A stretch of 64,000 nucleotides of DNA from an uncultured Acidobacteriota bacterium (lineage in GTDB: Bacteria > Acidobacteriota > Vicinamibacteria > Vicinamibacterales > UBA2999). Each line of letters begins with the position of its first letter. Within the stretch, counting starts at the first letter, position 1. Location: positions 1,511,733 to 1,575,732 of the forward strand of contig CAWEBU010000006.1 of assembly GCA_963807405.1 (NCBI GenBank). The letters run 5' to 3'. This document shows, piece after piece, positions 40,801 to 51,726 of this stretch. The notes beneath the pieces were generated by a model. It ran no database searches and was not told where the DNA came from. It saw only the letters and a list, made by a program, of their open reading frames with translations. The translations under genes and the position numbers were made by a program.

Positions 40801-40997
40801 AGCGGCGTCGTGACGGCCGACTCCACCGCCTGCGCGTTGGCGCCGGTGTAGACCGCCAGCACCGTCACCGACGGCGGCGCCAGTTCGGGGAAGCGGGCGA
40901 TCGGCAGCGTCGGAATGGCGATCGCACCGGCGATCACGACGACCAGCGCCAGAACGGTGGAGAGGATCGGCCGGCTGATGAAGACGTCAGTACGCAT
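37866..40997 (-). CDS. RND (HAE1/AcrB-type) efflux transporter permease
   Basis: 1043 aa with a 12-TM layout and two large periplasmic loops. The N-terminus MRTDVFISRPILSTVLALVVVIAG is typical of the AcrB family. Confidence 0.95.
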   Translation of the reverse strand: MRTDVFISRPILSTVLALVVVIAGAIAIPTLPIARFPELAPPSVTVLAVYTGANAQAVESAVTTPLEQVINGVEGLAYLQSSSTNSGISTITATFNIDRDPDLAAIDVQNRVNQALGRMPADVRTNGITVTKNTAGFMGGLGFFSRDNRYDAQFISNYVDRYVRDAIKRVPGVGDVIIFGERRYAMRLWIDPARLAARGLTASDVVSALREQNVQVAAGALGESPASAEQMFTLSVRAQGRLTEAEEFAAVVVAGGKDGALVRISDIGRVELGAENYSANLRFLGLEASGLGVQLLPTANALAVYDGVLAEMARIEKNFPPGLEWRLAFDNVTVVRESIVEVLKTLAEALGLVILVMFLFLQNWRSTLIPALTIPVSLIGTFAFVKLFGFSINTLTLFGIVLSIGIVVDDAIVVVENIERHMREYGKSAFKASVDGMHEVLSAVIVIGIVLVAVFVPVAFFPGTTGRLYQQFSLTIAFAVVLSVFNAITLTPALAALLLDKEVHTHGRFFTMVNRVIESGTNGYVQVVRWALRWRWAMLLVFALGLGATYAITQVVPTAFVPEEDEGYFITVVQAPGGASLEYTDGIAKEAEKILYADPDIASAFAVMGFSFSGAAPNNGLIFTMLKPYEERQRADQSLSAVLNRVRGAMFGIPGAIVVPFAPPAIQGLSVFGGFQFEVLDQTGGDIAGLAEATAAVARQGNQSGRVAGLFSSFRADDPQLVVDIDRDKARALGLPLREVTDALQIFLGSQYVNDFDFNSRAYRVYAQADQRFRASPDNLKQLYARTASGQMVSLDTVVRVSETTAPQVISHFNLFRSAEITGVAAPGLSSGEALQAMEEIAGAALPPGFSFAWAGQSLEEISAGSQSIYIFALSVLLVYLVLAAQYESWILPVIILLGVPLAVLGGLGAQYLRGLANDVFCQVGLVLLVGLAAKNAILIVEFAEQLRAGGYSIFDAAVEASRIRLRPILMTSIAFILGVLPLAYATGAGAAARNSVGTTVAGGMLASTFLSIVFIPVLYVLIRSLVPGKPRHRAAEPEVAHG

Positions 40998-41006
40998 GCC
41001 GGCCGC

Positions 41007-42158
41007 CTACTTCGCCGCCGGTGAGGCCGGCGCCGCAGCCGCACCGGCCGCCTGGGGTGCGACCGGCGCGCCGTCGCCGATCTTCTGGATCCCGGAAACG
41101 ATCAACTCGTCCCCGGCACTCAGGCCGCTGAGCACGACGTAGTCGTTGCCGACGAGCGGGCCGAGTTCCACCGGCCGCTGACGCGCGATGGTCGCTTGCC
41201 CGTCCTTCTCGGCGGTGAAGACGAAGAAGCGGCCGTTGATGCGGGTCACCGCGACGAGCGGCACGGTCAGCCCGCGCGAGGCGCTCCAGACGAGGCGCAC
41301 CCGCACGTACTGGGCGTTGCGCAGGCCGTCGGGCCGATCGAGCGCGGCTTTCGCCAGCACCGACTGCGTGGCCGGGTCCACCGACGGGGCCACGAACGTC
41401 ACCGCCGCCTCACGCAGCGTCGCACCGCGGTCGTCGACCAGCCGCACGGGCAGGCCGACCCGCAGTTGCGGCGCCTGCTGCACCGGCACCTGCACGTAGA
41501 CTTCGAGTCCCTGGTTGTCGTCGATGGTCGTCAGCTGCGACGACTGCGTCACGCGATCACCCACGCGCACGGGAATGTCGCCGATGATTCCGGCCGCCGG
41601 TGCCAGCACGCGGTGATAGCCGAGTTCGACCTTCTGTTCGCGGATCTGCTCGTCGAGGGCCGACAGCTGCGCTTCGCCCGACTTGACCGTCGCCTCGGCC
41701 TGGTCGAACTCCTGCTGGCTGACCGCGCCGGCGTCGAGCAGCGTCTTGAGCCGGGCGGACTGCTGGCGCCAGTAGGCGAGATCGGCGTCGCGGGCGCCGC
41801 GTTGCGCTTCGAGCGTGGCGACGGTGGCTTCCTGCCGGCCGGCGTCGATCTCCATCAGGACGGCGCCGGTCCGCACCTGGTCTCCCGAGGTGGCCAGGAT
41901 GCGCGTGACGAACCCCTCGACCTGCGGCTGCACCGTGACCGAGCGCCGCGACTTCACCGTGCCGATGAACTCGCTCGACTGCTCGACCTCGGTCTCGACC
42001 AGCGTCGCGACCGTCACTGCCATGGCCGGCATCCCGCCGCCGGGCGGGCCACCCGGTCCCCCGCCTTCCGCTGGACCCGACCGGCAACCGGCGACGAGGA
42101 GAGCCGCGAGGCTCGCGGCAAGAGCCTGAGTGAGACGGTGAGCCATGAAGTGATACAT
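41007..42158 (-). CDS. RND efflux periplasmic adaptor (membrane fusion protein) lipoprotein
   Basis: Lipobox LAALLVAGC and an HlyD/AcrA-type barrel-sandwich plus coiled-coil hairpin (EATVATLEAQR...EAQLSALDEQ). The alternative start at 42146 (MAHRL) is equally possible. Confidence 0.85.
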   Translation of the reverse strand: MYHFMAHRLTQALAASLAALLVAGCRSGPAEGGGPGGPPGGGMPAMAVTVATLVETEVEQSSEFIGTVKSRRSVTVQPQVEGFVTRILATSGDQVRTGAVLMEIDAGRQEATVATLEAQRGARDADLAYWRQQSARLKTLLDAGAVSQQEFDQAEATVKSGEAQLSALDEQIREQKVELGYHRVLAPAAGIIGDIPVRVGDRVTQSSQLTTIDDNQGLEVYVQVPVQQAPQLRVGLPVRLVDDRGATLREAAVTFVAPSVDPATQSVLAKAALDRPDGLRNAQYVRVRLVWSASRGLTVPLVAVTRINGRFFVFTAEKDGQATIARQRPVELGPLVGNDYVVLSGLSAGDELIVSGIQKIGDGAPVAPQAAGAAAAPASPAAK

Positions 42159-42303
42159 CTCCGCAACGCCTTCGGACCGCGACGGGACGCCGCGTCCGGA
42201 CTCGCCCAACGGCCACCGGCCGCGGGCAATAGAACGTCATATTGTAAGTCGGGAGCGGGCGGCACCGGGCCGAGCCGCGCAGCTTCGTGGTACGATTCCC
42301 GCG

Positions 42304-42606
42304 ATGACTGAGACGCCCCTGGACGCCGCGGAGATACATCGCATCGCCGCGCTCGCGCATCTGGCCCTCACCGAAGACGAAGTCCACCTCTTCAGCCGTC
42401 AACTCGGCGACATCCTCGAATACGTGCGCCAGATCCAGGCCGTTCCCACCGCCGGCGTCACACCGATGTCACACGTGGGCAGCGGCGACACCCACGAGCG
42501 CGCCGACGTGCCGGCGCCGACGCTGGATCGCCGTGCCGCGCTCGGCAATGCCCCCGATGCCGCGCCCGAGGCCGGGTTCTTCAAAGTGCCGCGAGTCATC
42601 GGATGA
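42304..42606 (+). CDS. gatC: Asp-tRNA(Asn)/Glu-tRNA(Gln) amidotransferase subunit C
   Basis: 100 aa. IHRIAALAHLALTEDEVHLFSRQLGDILEYV is a typical GatC sequence. It overlaps gatA by 4 nt. Confidence 0.9.
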   Translation: MTETPLDAAEIHRIAALAHLALTEDEVHLFSRQLGDILEYVRQIQAVPTAGVTPMSHVGSGDTHERADVPAPTLDRRAALGNAPDAAPEAGFFKVPRVIG

Positions 42607-44075
42607 GTCCACGCCGGGGTCCAGTTCACGCCCTCCGCGACGCCGTCGCACGCGGAGAGCGCAGCGCAGAATCCGTGACACGCGAGGCTCTGGACGCCAT
42701 CGCCCGTCACGAGCCGTCCGTGTCGGCCTTCACCGCCGTGGCCACCGAACACGCCCTGGCGCAGGCCGCCGCGGTGGACCGGGCGCGTGCGGCCGGAGCG
42801 CCGCTCGGACCGCTCGCCGGCGTGCCCGTCGCCGTCAAGGACAACATCTGCACGCGCGGCATCCCGACCACCGCCGGTTCGAAGATCCTGGCCGGCTTCG
42901 TGCCGCCCTACGACGCGACCGTCATCGAGCGACTGTCGGCGGCGGGTGCGATCGTCATCGGCAAGACCAACTGCGACGAGTTCGCGATGGGCTCTTCGAC
43001 CGAGAACTCGGCCTTCGGTCCCACCGCCAATCCCTGGTCGATCGCACATGCGCCGGGCGGATCGAGTGGCGGCTCGGCCGCAGCCGTCGCCACCCGCGCG
43101 GTGCCCGCCTCGCTCGGCTCCGATACCGGCGGATCGATTCGCCAGCCCGCCGCCTTCTGCGGCATCGTCGGCCTCAAGCCGACCTACGGCCGGGTGTCGC
43201 GCTACGGCCTGCTGGCGTTTGCTTCATCGCTCGACCAGATCGGTCCCTTCGCGACCACTGCCGACGATGCGGCGATCGTGCTGGCGGCCATCGCCGGCCG
43301 CGATCACCGCGATGCGACCAGCGCCGATCAGCCGGTGCCGGCCGCCGACGAGGCCCGCGCCGCCGACGCGCGCGGCCTGCGGATCGGCGTGCCTCGCGCC
43401 TTCATCGAAGGGGTCGATCCGGCGGTCGGCGCGGCCTTCGACGCCGCGCTCGATGTGTGGCGGCGCCAGGGCGCCACCATCGTCGACATCACGCTGCCGA
43501 ACGTGTCGCTGGCGATTCCGGTCTACTACCTGGTGGCGACGGCCGAAGCGAGTTCGAACCTGGCACGCTACGACGGCGTGCGCTACGGCCTGCGCGCCCC
43601 GCTCACGCCGCTCGACTCGCTGCGCACGATGTACGAGCGCACGCGCGACACGGGCTTCGGCGCCGAGGTCAAGCGCCGCATCATGCTCGGGACCTACGTG
43701 CTGAGCGCGGGCTACTACGACGCCTACTATCTGAAAGCGCAGCAGGTGCGCGCCACATTGCGCGACGAGTACATGACGGCGCTGGCCGAGGTCGACGTCA
43801 TCGCGACGCCCACCACGCCGACGCCGGCCTTCCGCCTCGGTGAGAAGGTGGCCGACCCGCTGCAGATGTACCTGGCGGATATCTTCACGGTCAGCGCCAA
43901 CCTGGTGGGAGTGCCCGCCATCAGCCTGCCGTGCGGGATGTCGCCCGACGGTCTGCCGATCGGCTGCCAGCTGACCGGGCGCATGTGGGACGAAGCGACG
44001 CTGGTCAGCGCCGGCGTCAGCTATCAGGCGGACACGGACTGGCACCTGCGGGTGCCGTCCCCACCGTCGGCCTGA
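42603..44075 (+). CDS. gatA: Asp-tRNA(Asn)/Glu-tRNA(Gln) amidotransferase subunit A
   Basis: 490 aa with the amidase signature GGSSGGSAAAVA and KDNICT. Confidence 0.95.
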   Translation: MSPRRGPVHALRDAVARGERSAESVTREALDAIARHEPSVSAFTAVATEHALAQAAAVDRARAAGAPLGPLAGVPVAVKDNICTRGIPTTAGSKILAGFVPPYDATVIERLSAAGAIVIGKTNCDEFAMGSSTENSAFGPTANPWSIAHAPGGSSGGSAAAVATRAVPASLGSDTGGSIRQPAAFCGIVGLKPTYGRVSRYGLLAFASSLDQIGPFATTADDAAIVLAAIAGRDHRDATSADQPVPAADEARAADARGLRIGVPRAFIEGVDPAVGAAFDAALDVWRRQGATIVDITLPNVSLAIPVYYLVATAEASSNLARYDGVRYGLRAPLTPLDSLRTMYERTRDTGFGAEVKRRIMLGTYVLSAGYYDAYYLKAQQVRATLRDEYMTALAEVDVIATPTTPTPAFRLGEKVADPLQMYLADIFTVSANLVGVPAISLPCGMSPDGLPIGCQLTGRMWDEATLVSAGVSYQADTDWHLRVPSPPSA

Positions 44076-44088
44076 GCCGGCCACGCCC

Positions 44089-44418
44089 TCAGGCCGCGAC
44101 GGCTGGCCGCTTCAGAAAGGCCCAGACGACGAGGCCGAGCAGGATGAAGGGCACGAGCGGCAGCAGCGCCGCCACCGCCGCCACGGTGAGACCGACCACG
44201 AGCGCCGCGCCCACGGCGACCACCACCAGCGGGGCGACGACCGCCATCGCGACCATGCTCAGGGCGCCGAGCACGATGCCCAGCACGAGCTTGATGAGTC
44301 CGAAGGCCAGCCGGATCGGCAGGAAGATCAGTTTCAGAACCAGCCACAGCACGCCGAGGACGGCGACGACCATCGCGCCAACCATCGCGACCACGCCGAC
44401 TGCGAGTAGCGCGCCCAT
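44089..44418 (-). CDS. Small, almost entirely hydrophobic membrane protein (3-4 TM)
   Basis: 109 aa, composed almost entirely of Ala/Val/Leu/Gly. The coding call rests on ORF length, position and a TM-like pattern only. Confidence 0.5.
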   Translation of the reverse strand: MGALLAVGVVAMVGAMVVAVLGVLWLVLKLIFLPIRLAFGLIKLVLGIVLGALSMVAMAVVAPLVVVAVGAALVVGLTVAAVAALLPLVPFILLGLVVWAFLKRPAVAA

Positions 44419-44493
44419 CCTGCCTCCCGTCGGGCGGCTGCGGCCACCCTGTGGAAGGGACGAACGTGCTTCGGCCGCGGTTCCCTCGGCGGC

Positions 44494-44754
44494 CTAGCGC
44501 TTCTCGACGAGCACGTGAAACTCGGGGAGATCCCACTCCACGAGCTGCTGGTTCACTTCTTCCATGGCCAGCCGTTCGGGCTTGACGGCCCGCGGCGCGG
44601 CTGCATCGAGACGCACCTTGGCGCCCTTGCGCAACTGCTTGGCCCTGGCCGCCGCGACGTCCACATAGAGAAAGCGGCTTTCAATGGGACGCGCCTGGTG
44701 GCGGACCACCTGCGCTTCGTCCTGGCTATCCTCGACGAGTTCTGAATCGGACAT
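44494..44754 (-). CDS. rpoZ: DNA-directed RNA polymerase subunit omega (probable)
   Basis: 86 aa. ESRFLYVDVAAARAKQLRKGAKVRL matches the conserved omega core (NRF-x-LV-x2-AA-x-RA-x-QL). Confidence 0.6.
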   Translation of the reverse strand: MSDSELVEDSQDEAQVVRHQARPIESRFLYVDVAAARAKQLRKGAKVRLDAAAPRAVKPERLAMEEVNQQLVEWDLPEFHVLVEKR

Positions 44755-44788
44755 AGCTTTTCAGCTTACAGAATGCCGCGGGCTGCTA

Positions 44789-45154
44789 TCAACCCCTCCG
44801 TGCAGGGACGGTGCGGGGGGTCACGACGGCGCCGACCAGCCAGGCCGCCAGGCCGGTGACCAGGGCGCCAAAGACCGCCGACAGGAACGAGGCCACGCTG
44901 AACCCGGGCACCAGGGCCGCGGCCAGCCCGAAGGCGGCGCCGTTGACGACCAGATAGAAGAGCCCCAGGGTCAGGATGGTGATGGGCAGCGTCAGCAGCG
45001 TGAGGACCGGCCGCACGACCGAGTTCACGACCCCCAGGACGGCGGCCCCGACGACGAGCGAGGCCCACGACGACAGTGCCACCCCGGGCACGATCTTGCT
45101 ACTCACCCACAACGCCAGGGTCAATACGGCCCAATGCACCACGAAGCTCGCCAT
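44789..45154 (-). CDS. Phage-holin-family-IV-like (DUF360/YvlD-type) 4-TM membrane protein
   Basis: ATG 45154 is preceded by GGGAGGAA. MASFVVHWAVLTLALWVSSKIVPGV...VLGVVNSVVRPVLTLLTLPITILTLGLFYLVVNGAAF fits the family pattern. Confidence 0.7.
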   Translation of the reverse strand: MASFVVHWAVLTLALWVSSKIVPGVALSSWASLVVGAAVLGVVNSVVRPVLTLLTLPITILTLGLFYLVVNGAAFGLAAALVPGFSVASFLSAVFGALVTGLAAWLVGAVVTPRTVPARRG

Positions 45155-45173
45155 GTCGGTTTCCTCCCGGTTG

Positions 45174-45217
45174 AACAAAAAGGGGGTGCCGGGACGCATC
45201 GATCGCCCCGGCACCCC
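45174..45217 (-). terminator. Rho-independent terminator after hsp20
   Basis: On the minus strand, GGGGTGCCGGG-loop-CCCGGCACCCC (11-bp GC stem) is followed by CTTTTTGTT. Confidence 0.75.
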
Positions 45218-45239
45218 GGCCTTCTTCGCGGACTCCTGG

Positions 45240-45644
45240 CTACGACGCGACGGCGACCGGCACGGTTCGCGGCCGGGCATCCTCGCGCACCGGCAGACGC
45301 ACGGTCAAGACGCCGTCCTTGTAGTCGGCGGCGACCCGGCTGGCATCGACAGCGGTCGGCAGGGTGAAGCGACGGCTGAAGCGGCCATAGGCCCGCTCCA
45401 CCCGGCGCACGTCACTCTTCGGCACGTCGGCCGGCCACGGGCGCTCGCCGCTGATGGTGAGCGACCCGTGCTCCACCGTGACGGCAATGGCTTCACGTTT
45501 GAGCTCCGGGAGCTCCGCCTTGATGACGAACGCCTTGTCGGCCGCCTGATAGACATCTACCGCGGGCACCCACGCGCCCTCGCCGGCGAGGGCGCGCTGC
45601 GCCCGGATCACGTCACGAAACGGTTCGAATCGCACGATAGCCAT
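45240..45644 (-). CDS. Hsp20/alpha-crystallin family small heat-shock protein
   Basis: ATG 45644 is preceded by AAGGAG. The alpha-crystallin domain reads PAVDVYQAADKAFVIKAELPELKREAIAVTVEHGSLTISGER...YGRFSRRFTLP...DGVLTVRLP. Confidence 0.85.
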   Translation of the reverse strand: MAIVRFEPFRDVIRAQRALAGEGAWVPAVDVYQAADKAFVIKAELPELKREAIAVTVEHGSLTISGERPWPADVPKSDVRRVERAYGRFSRRFTLPTAVDASRVAADYKDGVLTVRLPVREDARPRTVPVAVAS

Positions 45645-45687
45645 GCCTGACTCCTTCGACTCCTTCAAAGGGATCGCGGGGGTGGCA

Positions 45688-45715
45688 GGGGCCCGGGTCG
45701 CGCGACCCGGGCCCC
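45688..45715 (-). other. Perfect 28-bp GC palindrome between dnaK and hsp20 (intercistronic stem-loop)
   Basis: ggggcccgggtcgcgcgacccgggcccc equals its own reverse complement (12-bp stem, 4-nt loop). There is no U-tract. Confidence 0.6.
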
Positions 45716-45724
45716 GAGCCCCGC

Positions 45725-47818
<2,094 letters not shown>

Positions 47819-48289
47819 ATGCGTCCACTCACCCGCCTGCCCATTTCCACCGATGTCGGCGACGTCTCGGCCGACGTGCGCCGTCTTTTCGAAGACCTCC
47901 TGAAGCAGCGTCCGGAACGGAAGCAGCAGATTGGCGGCGAGTGCCTGCCGCTGCTGGATGTCTTCGAGACCCACGATGCGCTCGATCTGCTGCTCGATCT
48001 CCCGGGCGTGGCGGCCGCCAGCATCCGCGTGCTGGTGAAGGCCGGCGTCGTCATCATCGCCGGCGAGAAGGACCGCCCCGAACCCGGTCCCCGCGGGACG
48101 GCCAGCTATCACCTCGTCGAACGCGACTTCGGCCGGTTCGCGCGCGCCGTGCGGGTGCACCTGGCGATCGACGCGGCGCGGGCCACGGCCACCCTGAGCA
48201 ACGGCGAGTTGCGGGTGCGGCTGCCGAAAATCCAGGAACGGCGCGGCCAGGGCCTCGTCGTGCCCATCACCACCGACGGGGCGTCATGA
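47819..48289 (+). CDS. Hsp20/alpha-crystallin family small heat-shock protein
   Basis: 156 aa. PLLDVFETHDALDLLLDLPGVAAASIRVLVKAGVVIIAGEK...FGRFARAVRV...NGELRVRLPK. Confidence 0.85.
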   Translation: MRPLTRLPISTDVGDVSADVRRLFEDLLKQRPERKQQIGGECLPLLDVFETHDALDLLLDLPGVAAASIRVLVKAGVVIIAGEKDRPEPGPRGTASYHLVERDFGRFARAVRVHLAIDAARATATLSNGELRVRLPKIQERRGQGLVVPITTDGAS

Positions 48290-49122
48290 AGCTGCTCTTC
48301 ATCGGCGACATCGTGGGCAAGCCGGGACGGGAACTCGTCCGCCGGGGCGTCGCCCCGATCGTGGCCACCCACGACATCGACTTCGTGATTGCCAACGGCG
48401 AGAACGCCGCGGCCGGCTTCGGCATCACCCGCGAGATCGGCGAGCAGCTCCTCAGCTACGGCGTCGAGGTGCTCACGTCGGGCAACCACATCTGGGACAA
48501 GAAGGAAGCGCTCGACTACATCGTGCGTGAGCCGCGGCTGCTGCGGCCGGCCAACTATCCGGCCGGGGCGCCCGGCCTCGGCACCTACCTCGCCACCACC
48601 GCCGGCGGCGTCAAGGTCGGCGTCGTCAACGTCATGGGCCGCGTCTTCATGGCCGCCCTCGACGACCCTTTCAGGACGGCCTCGCGCGAGGTGGCCCGCC
48701 TCAAGAGCGAGGGGGCGCAGATCGTGTTCGTGGACGTGCATGCCGAGGTGACGTCCGAGAAAATCGCCATGGGCTGGTACCTCGACGGTCAGGCGACGGC
48801 GGTGGTCGGCACGCACACCCACGTGCAGACGGCCGACGAACGCGTCCTGCCGAACGGCACCGCCTACCTCACCGACGTCGGCATGACCGGGCCGCACGAC
48901 GGCGTCATCGGCGTCGAGAAGGAGGCGGTGATCGGCAAGTTCCTGAGCGCCCTGCCCGTCCGCTTCGAGACGGCCAGCGGCGATCCGCGCATGAACGCTG
49001 TCGTCATCACGGCCGATGCGGCCACCGGCCGCGCGACCGCGATCGAACGCCTGAGCCTCTCGGCCACCGACATCGATCGTCTCGCCGCCGATGTCGCCGC
49101 GACCTCGGACGCCCGCGCGTGA
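48286..49122 (+). CDS. YmdB-like metallophosphoesterase (TIGR00282 family)
   Basis: ATG 48286 forms an ATGA overlap with the hsp20 stop. MKLLFIGDIVGKPGR...ANGENAAAGFGIT...TSGNHIWDKKE...VDVHAEVTSEK...GTHTHVQTADE. Confidence 0.85.
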   Translation: MKLLFIGDIVGKPGRELVRRGVAPIVATHDIDFVIANGENAAAGFGITREIGEQLLSYGVEVLTSGNHIWDKKEALDYIVREPRLLRPANYPAGAPGLGTYLATTAGGVKVGVVNVMGRVFMAALDDPFRTASREVARLKSEGAQIVFVDVHAEVTSEKIAMGWYLDGQATAVVGTHTHVQTADERVLPNGTAYLTDVGMTGPHDGVIGVEKEAVIGKFLSALPVRFETASGDPRMNAVVITADAATGRATAIERLSLSATDIDRLAADVAATSDARA

Positions 49123-50528
49123 CGCCGACTCGCCTGCCCTTCGACGATCCCGCCCCGCCCCCGCCGCCCCCGCGCCGCCGCGTGCTGAGCGTCGGCGAGC
49201 TGACCGCGGCGCTGCGCACGCTGGTCGAGTCCGAGTTTCCCGAAGTGTGGGTCGAGGGCGAGCTGTCCGGCGCCCGCGTGTGGAACACCGGACACCTCTA
49301 TTTCACCCTCAAGGACGCACACGCCCAGATCAAGGGCGTGATGTTCCGCACGTCGCTCCGTCTGCTGAAGTTCAAGCCGGAGGACGGGGCCCACGTGATT
49401 GCGCGCGGGCGGCTGAGCGTCTACGACCCGCGCGGCGAGTATCAGCTGATCTGCGAGCACCTGGAGCCGAAGGGACTCGGCGCGCTCCAGCTCGCCTACG
49501 AGCAGCTGCGCAAGCGGCTCGCCGCCGAAGGGCTGTTCGACGCCGCGCGCAAGCGGCCGCTGCCGGCGCTGCCCCGCCGCATCGGCATCGTCACCTCGCG
49601 CGACGGGGCGGCGCTGCGCGACATCATCCGCGTGCTGCGCCGGCGCTATCCCAACGCCCACCTCGTCATCGCCCCGGCTCGCGTTCAGGGTGACGGCGCC
49701 GCTGCCGAGATCGCCCGCGCGCTGGCGCGGATCGGCGCCATCGCCAACGTCGACGTCGTCATCGCCGGCCGCGGCGGCGGCTCGATCGAAGACCTCTGGG
49801 CCTTCAACGAGGAGGTCGTCGCCCGCGCCCTCGCCGCCTGCCCGGTGCCGGTCATCTCCGCCGTCGGGCACGAGACCGATGTCACGATCGCCGACTTCGT
49901 CGCCGATCTGCGGGCGCCGACGCCGTCGGCCGCCGCCGAGATCGTGGTCGGCCGCAAGGACGAGTTCGTCCGGCAGATCGACGCCATCGGCGGACGGGCG
50001 CACGCGGCCATCCGCTCGCGCGTGCAGCGGTTCGATGCGCGCGTGCACCAGCTGTCGGCCCGGCCGGCGTTGGCGGGCGTGCCTGGCCGCGTCGCCCTCC
50101 GGCAACGCCACGTCAGCGAACTGGCGGCCGCCCTGCGTGCGGCGGCGGCCGGCGCCCTGTCCCAGCGCCAGCGCCGACTCCAGGCGCTCGGCCGGACCCT
50201 CGACACCTTCCGGCCGCAGGAACGCCTGGCGCGCGTGCGGGCCGCCCTCATCGGCCATCGTGGACGCCTGGACGCCGCCATGCGTTCGGTGCAGCATCGC
50301 GCCGCCGGGCGCGCCGGCGAAGCGGCGGCGCGGCTCCATGCGCTCAGCCCGCTGGCCGTGCTGGGACGCGGCTACGCCGTATGCTGGACGGCGGATCGCG
50401 CGACGGTCGTGCGGCGGGCCGATCAGCTCGCCCCCGGGGACCGCGTGCGCGTGACGCTCGGCTCGGGTGAGGTGGCGTGCGACGTGCGCATGGTGTTCGG
50501 CGACGGGCACGAGCGAGGAACCGCGTGA
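49119..50528 (+). CDS. xseA: Exodeoxyribonuclease VII large subunit
   Basis: 469 aa with an OB-fold N-terminus (VWVEGELSG...GHLYFTLKD) and the catalytic region GIVTS..GAALRD...RGGGSIEDLW. Confidence 0.9.
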   Translation: MTPTRLPFDDPAPPPPPPRRRVLSVGELTAALRTLVESEFPEVWVEGELSGARVWNTGHLYFTLKDAHAQIKGVMFRTSLRLLKFKPEDGAHVIARGRLSVYDPRGEYQLICEHLEPKGLGALQLAYEQLRKRLAAEGLFDAARKRPLPALPRRIGIVTSRDGAALRDIIRVLRRRYPNAHLVIAPARVQGDGAAAEIARALARIGAIANVDVVIAGRGGGSIEDLWAFNEEVVARALAACPVPVISAVGHETDVTIADFVADLRAPTPSAAAEIVVGRKDEFVRQIDAIGGRAHAAIRSRVQRFDARVHQLSARPALAGVPGRVALRQRHVSELAAALRAAAAGALSQRQRRLQALGRTLDTFRPQERLARVRAALIGHRGRLDAAMRSVQHRAAGRAGEAAARLHALSPLAVLGRGYAVCWTADRATVVRRADQLAPGDRVRVTLGSGEVACDVRMVFGDGHERGTA

Positions 50529-50776
50529 TGGACGAGACGATCAAGGACTTCGAGGCCGCGCTCACCGAGCTGGCCGGCATCGTGAAGAAGCTCGAGGAGG
50601 GCGATCTCGCCCTCGAGGCCTCGCTGGCGCTCTACGAGCGTGGCGTGCAGTTGCAGCGTTACTGCCACGAGCGGCTCGAGGCGGCCGAGCGGCGCATCGA
50701 CATCCTCAACGACCGCGGCGAGCTGGTGCCCGCCCCCCGCGATCTCACCGAGGTCGGACAGGACGAGGACCGGTAA
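50528..50776 (+). CDS. xseB: Exodeoxyribonuclease VII small subunit
   Basis: ATG 50528 overlaps the xseA stop. MDETIKDFEAALTELAGIVKKLEEGDLALEASLALYERGVQL. Confidence 0.9.
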   Translation: MDETIKDFEAALTELAGIVKKLEEGDLALEASLALYERGVQLQRYCHERLEAAERRIDILNDRGELVPAPRDLTEVGQDEDR

Positions 50777-51715
50777 GTGGAGGCGTTCGACGACTTCGCG
50801 CGCGCCGGCCGCGCCGCCGTGCAGGAAACCCTGGAGCGCGTGCTGCCGCGGGCGCCCTACTGCCCGCCGGTCGTCGCCGAGGCCATGCGCTACAGCGTGA
50901 TGGCCGGCGGCAAGCGTCTGCGCCCACTGCTCGTGCTGGCCGCCGCCGACGCCGTGGCCCGGCGGCGCGGCGACGATCCCGCCGCCGCGCGCACGCGGGC
51001 GCTGCCGGCCGCCTGCGCCCTCGAACTCATCCACACCTACTCGCTCATCCACGACGATCTGCCAGCCATGGATGACGACGACCTGCGGCGCGGGCGGCCG
51101 ACGCTGCACACCGTGGTGGGCGAAGGGCAGGCGATTCTGGCCGGCGACGGCCTGCAGGCCGAGGCCTTCCATCTCATCGTGCGCGAGCCGGCCACCGACG
51201 ACCCGGCGATCATGGCCCGCAAGCTCCGCGTGCTCGACGTCGTGACCCGGGCCGCCGGGCCGGCCGGGATGGTCGGCGGCCAGGCGATCGACCTGCAGGC
51301 CGCCGGCAAGGGCGCCGCGAGCGCCTCTGTCCTCGACGGCGACGCCCTGACCGACATGCACGCGCGCAAGACGGGCGCCCTCATCCGCGCCGCGGCCGCC
51401 GCCGGCGCCATCATGGCCGGCGCGGACGACGTCGTGCTCGCCCCGCTCGACCGCTGGGCGGCCGAGGTCGGGCTGGCGTTCCAGATCGTCGACGACATCC
51501 TCGACGTCGAGGGCGCGTCCGAGACGCTCGGCAAGACCTCGGGGAAGGATGCCGCCAGCGGCAAGCCCACCTTCCCGGCGCTCTACGGCCTGGCGCCCTC
51601 GAAGCGGATGGCCGCCGAGGCCACCGCGCGCGCCGACAACGCGCTGGCCGAAGCCGGTCTGCGGCCGTCGCACCTCGACGCCATCGCGCAGTGGATCGTC
51701 CACCGCCGCTCCTAG
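50777..51715 (+). CDS. ispA: Polyprenyl (farnesyl/geranylgeranyl) diphosphate synthase
   Basis: GTG start directly after the xseB stop. It has the FARM motif IHDDLPAMDDDDLRRG and the SARM motif FQIVDDILD. Confidence 0.85.
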   Translation: MEAFDDFARAGRAAVQETLERVLPRAPYCPPVVAEAMRYSVMAGGKRLRPLLVLAAADAVARRRGDDPAAARTRALPAACALELIHTYSLIHDDLPAMDDDDLRRGRPTLHTVVGEGQAILAGDGLQAEAFHLIVREPATDDPAIMARKLRVLDVVTRAAGPAGMVGGQAIDLQAAGKGAASASVLDGDALTDMHARKTGALIRAAAAAGAIMAGADDVVLAPLDRWAAEVGLAFQIVDDILDVEGASETLGKTSGKDAASGKPTFPALYGLAPSKRMAAEATARADNALAEAGLRPSHLDAIAQWIVHRRS

Positions 51716-51726
51716 ACCGGAACGGG

